Positions 63,919 through 64,000 of a stretch of 64,000 nucleotides of DNA are shown here, in pieces. Made by a program: the position numbers and the translations under genes. This DNA is from Candidatus Aminicenantes bacterium (lineage in GTDB: Bacteria > Acidobacteriota > Aminicenantia > Aminicenantales > JAFGBC01). Location: positions 2,496,001 to 2,560,000 of the forward strand of contig OY969696.1 of NCBI GenBank assembly GCA_963702005.1, in the 5' to 3' direction. The notes under the pieces were generated by a model. That model had not been told where the DNA came from, made no database searches, and was given only the letters and a program-made list of their open reading frames with translations. Positions within the stretch are counted from its first letter, which is position 1, and each line of letters begins with the position of its first letter.

Positions 63919-64000
63919 ACGGTCCTCGCAGTCGGCCGTCGCGGGCCATCGGCATTATAAAGGCCCCTCGGGAGTGATGTCAAACTCCGGCTCGGGTGTC

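Overview
GC-rich, gene-dense bacterial chromosome segment from a diderm that is probably anaerobic and degrades peptides and polysaccharides. The gene content is reminiscent of Aminicenantes/Acidobacteriota-type genomes, but that is inference only. Core genes: pstSCAB1B2, metK, surE, tRNA-Pro(GGG), rarA, panBCD, guaB, secA, uvrBC. Catabolic genes: two S46 dipeptidyl peptidases, a tricorn protease, GH5, a GH9-CE4 fusion, a sugar porter, an aldehyde:ferredoxin oxidoreductase (AOR) with MoaD and an NADP-ALDH. No CRISPR array, prophage, transposase or integrase was seen. Main observations: (1) three miniature TGAC-flanked elements sharing both ends (net 63, 63 and 108 bp, all multiples of 3), one inserted in frame in an LTA-synthase/sulfatase gene and one in frame at the start of another ORF; (2) a Moco/Tuco-like RNA motif covering the RBS of a TonB-dependent receptor that is divergent from mobB and near AOR/moaD, a candidate outer-membrane Mo/W-cofactor uptake system; (3) a SAM-II-like riboswitch with a transcription terminator/antiterminator platform before metK; (4) a PstB pair with complementary degenerate motifs; (5) a 57-aa CxxC protein missing from the ORF track. 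All family assignments come from motif recognition by eye, not database searches.
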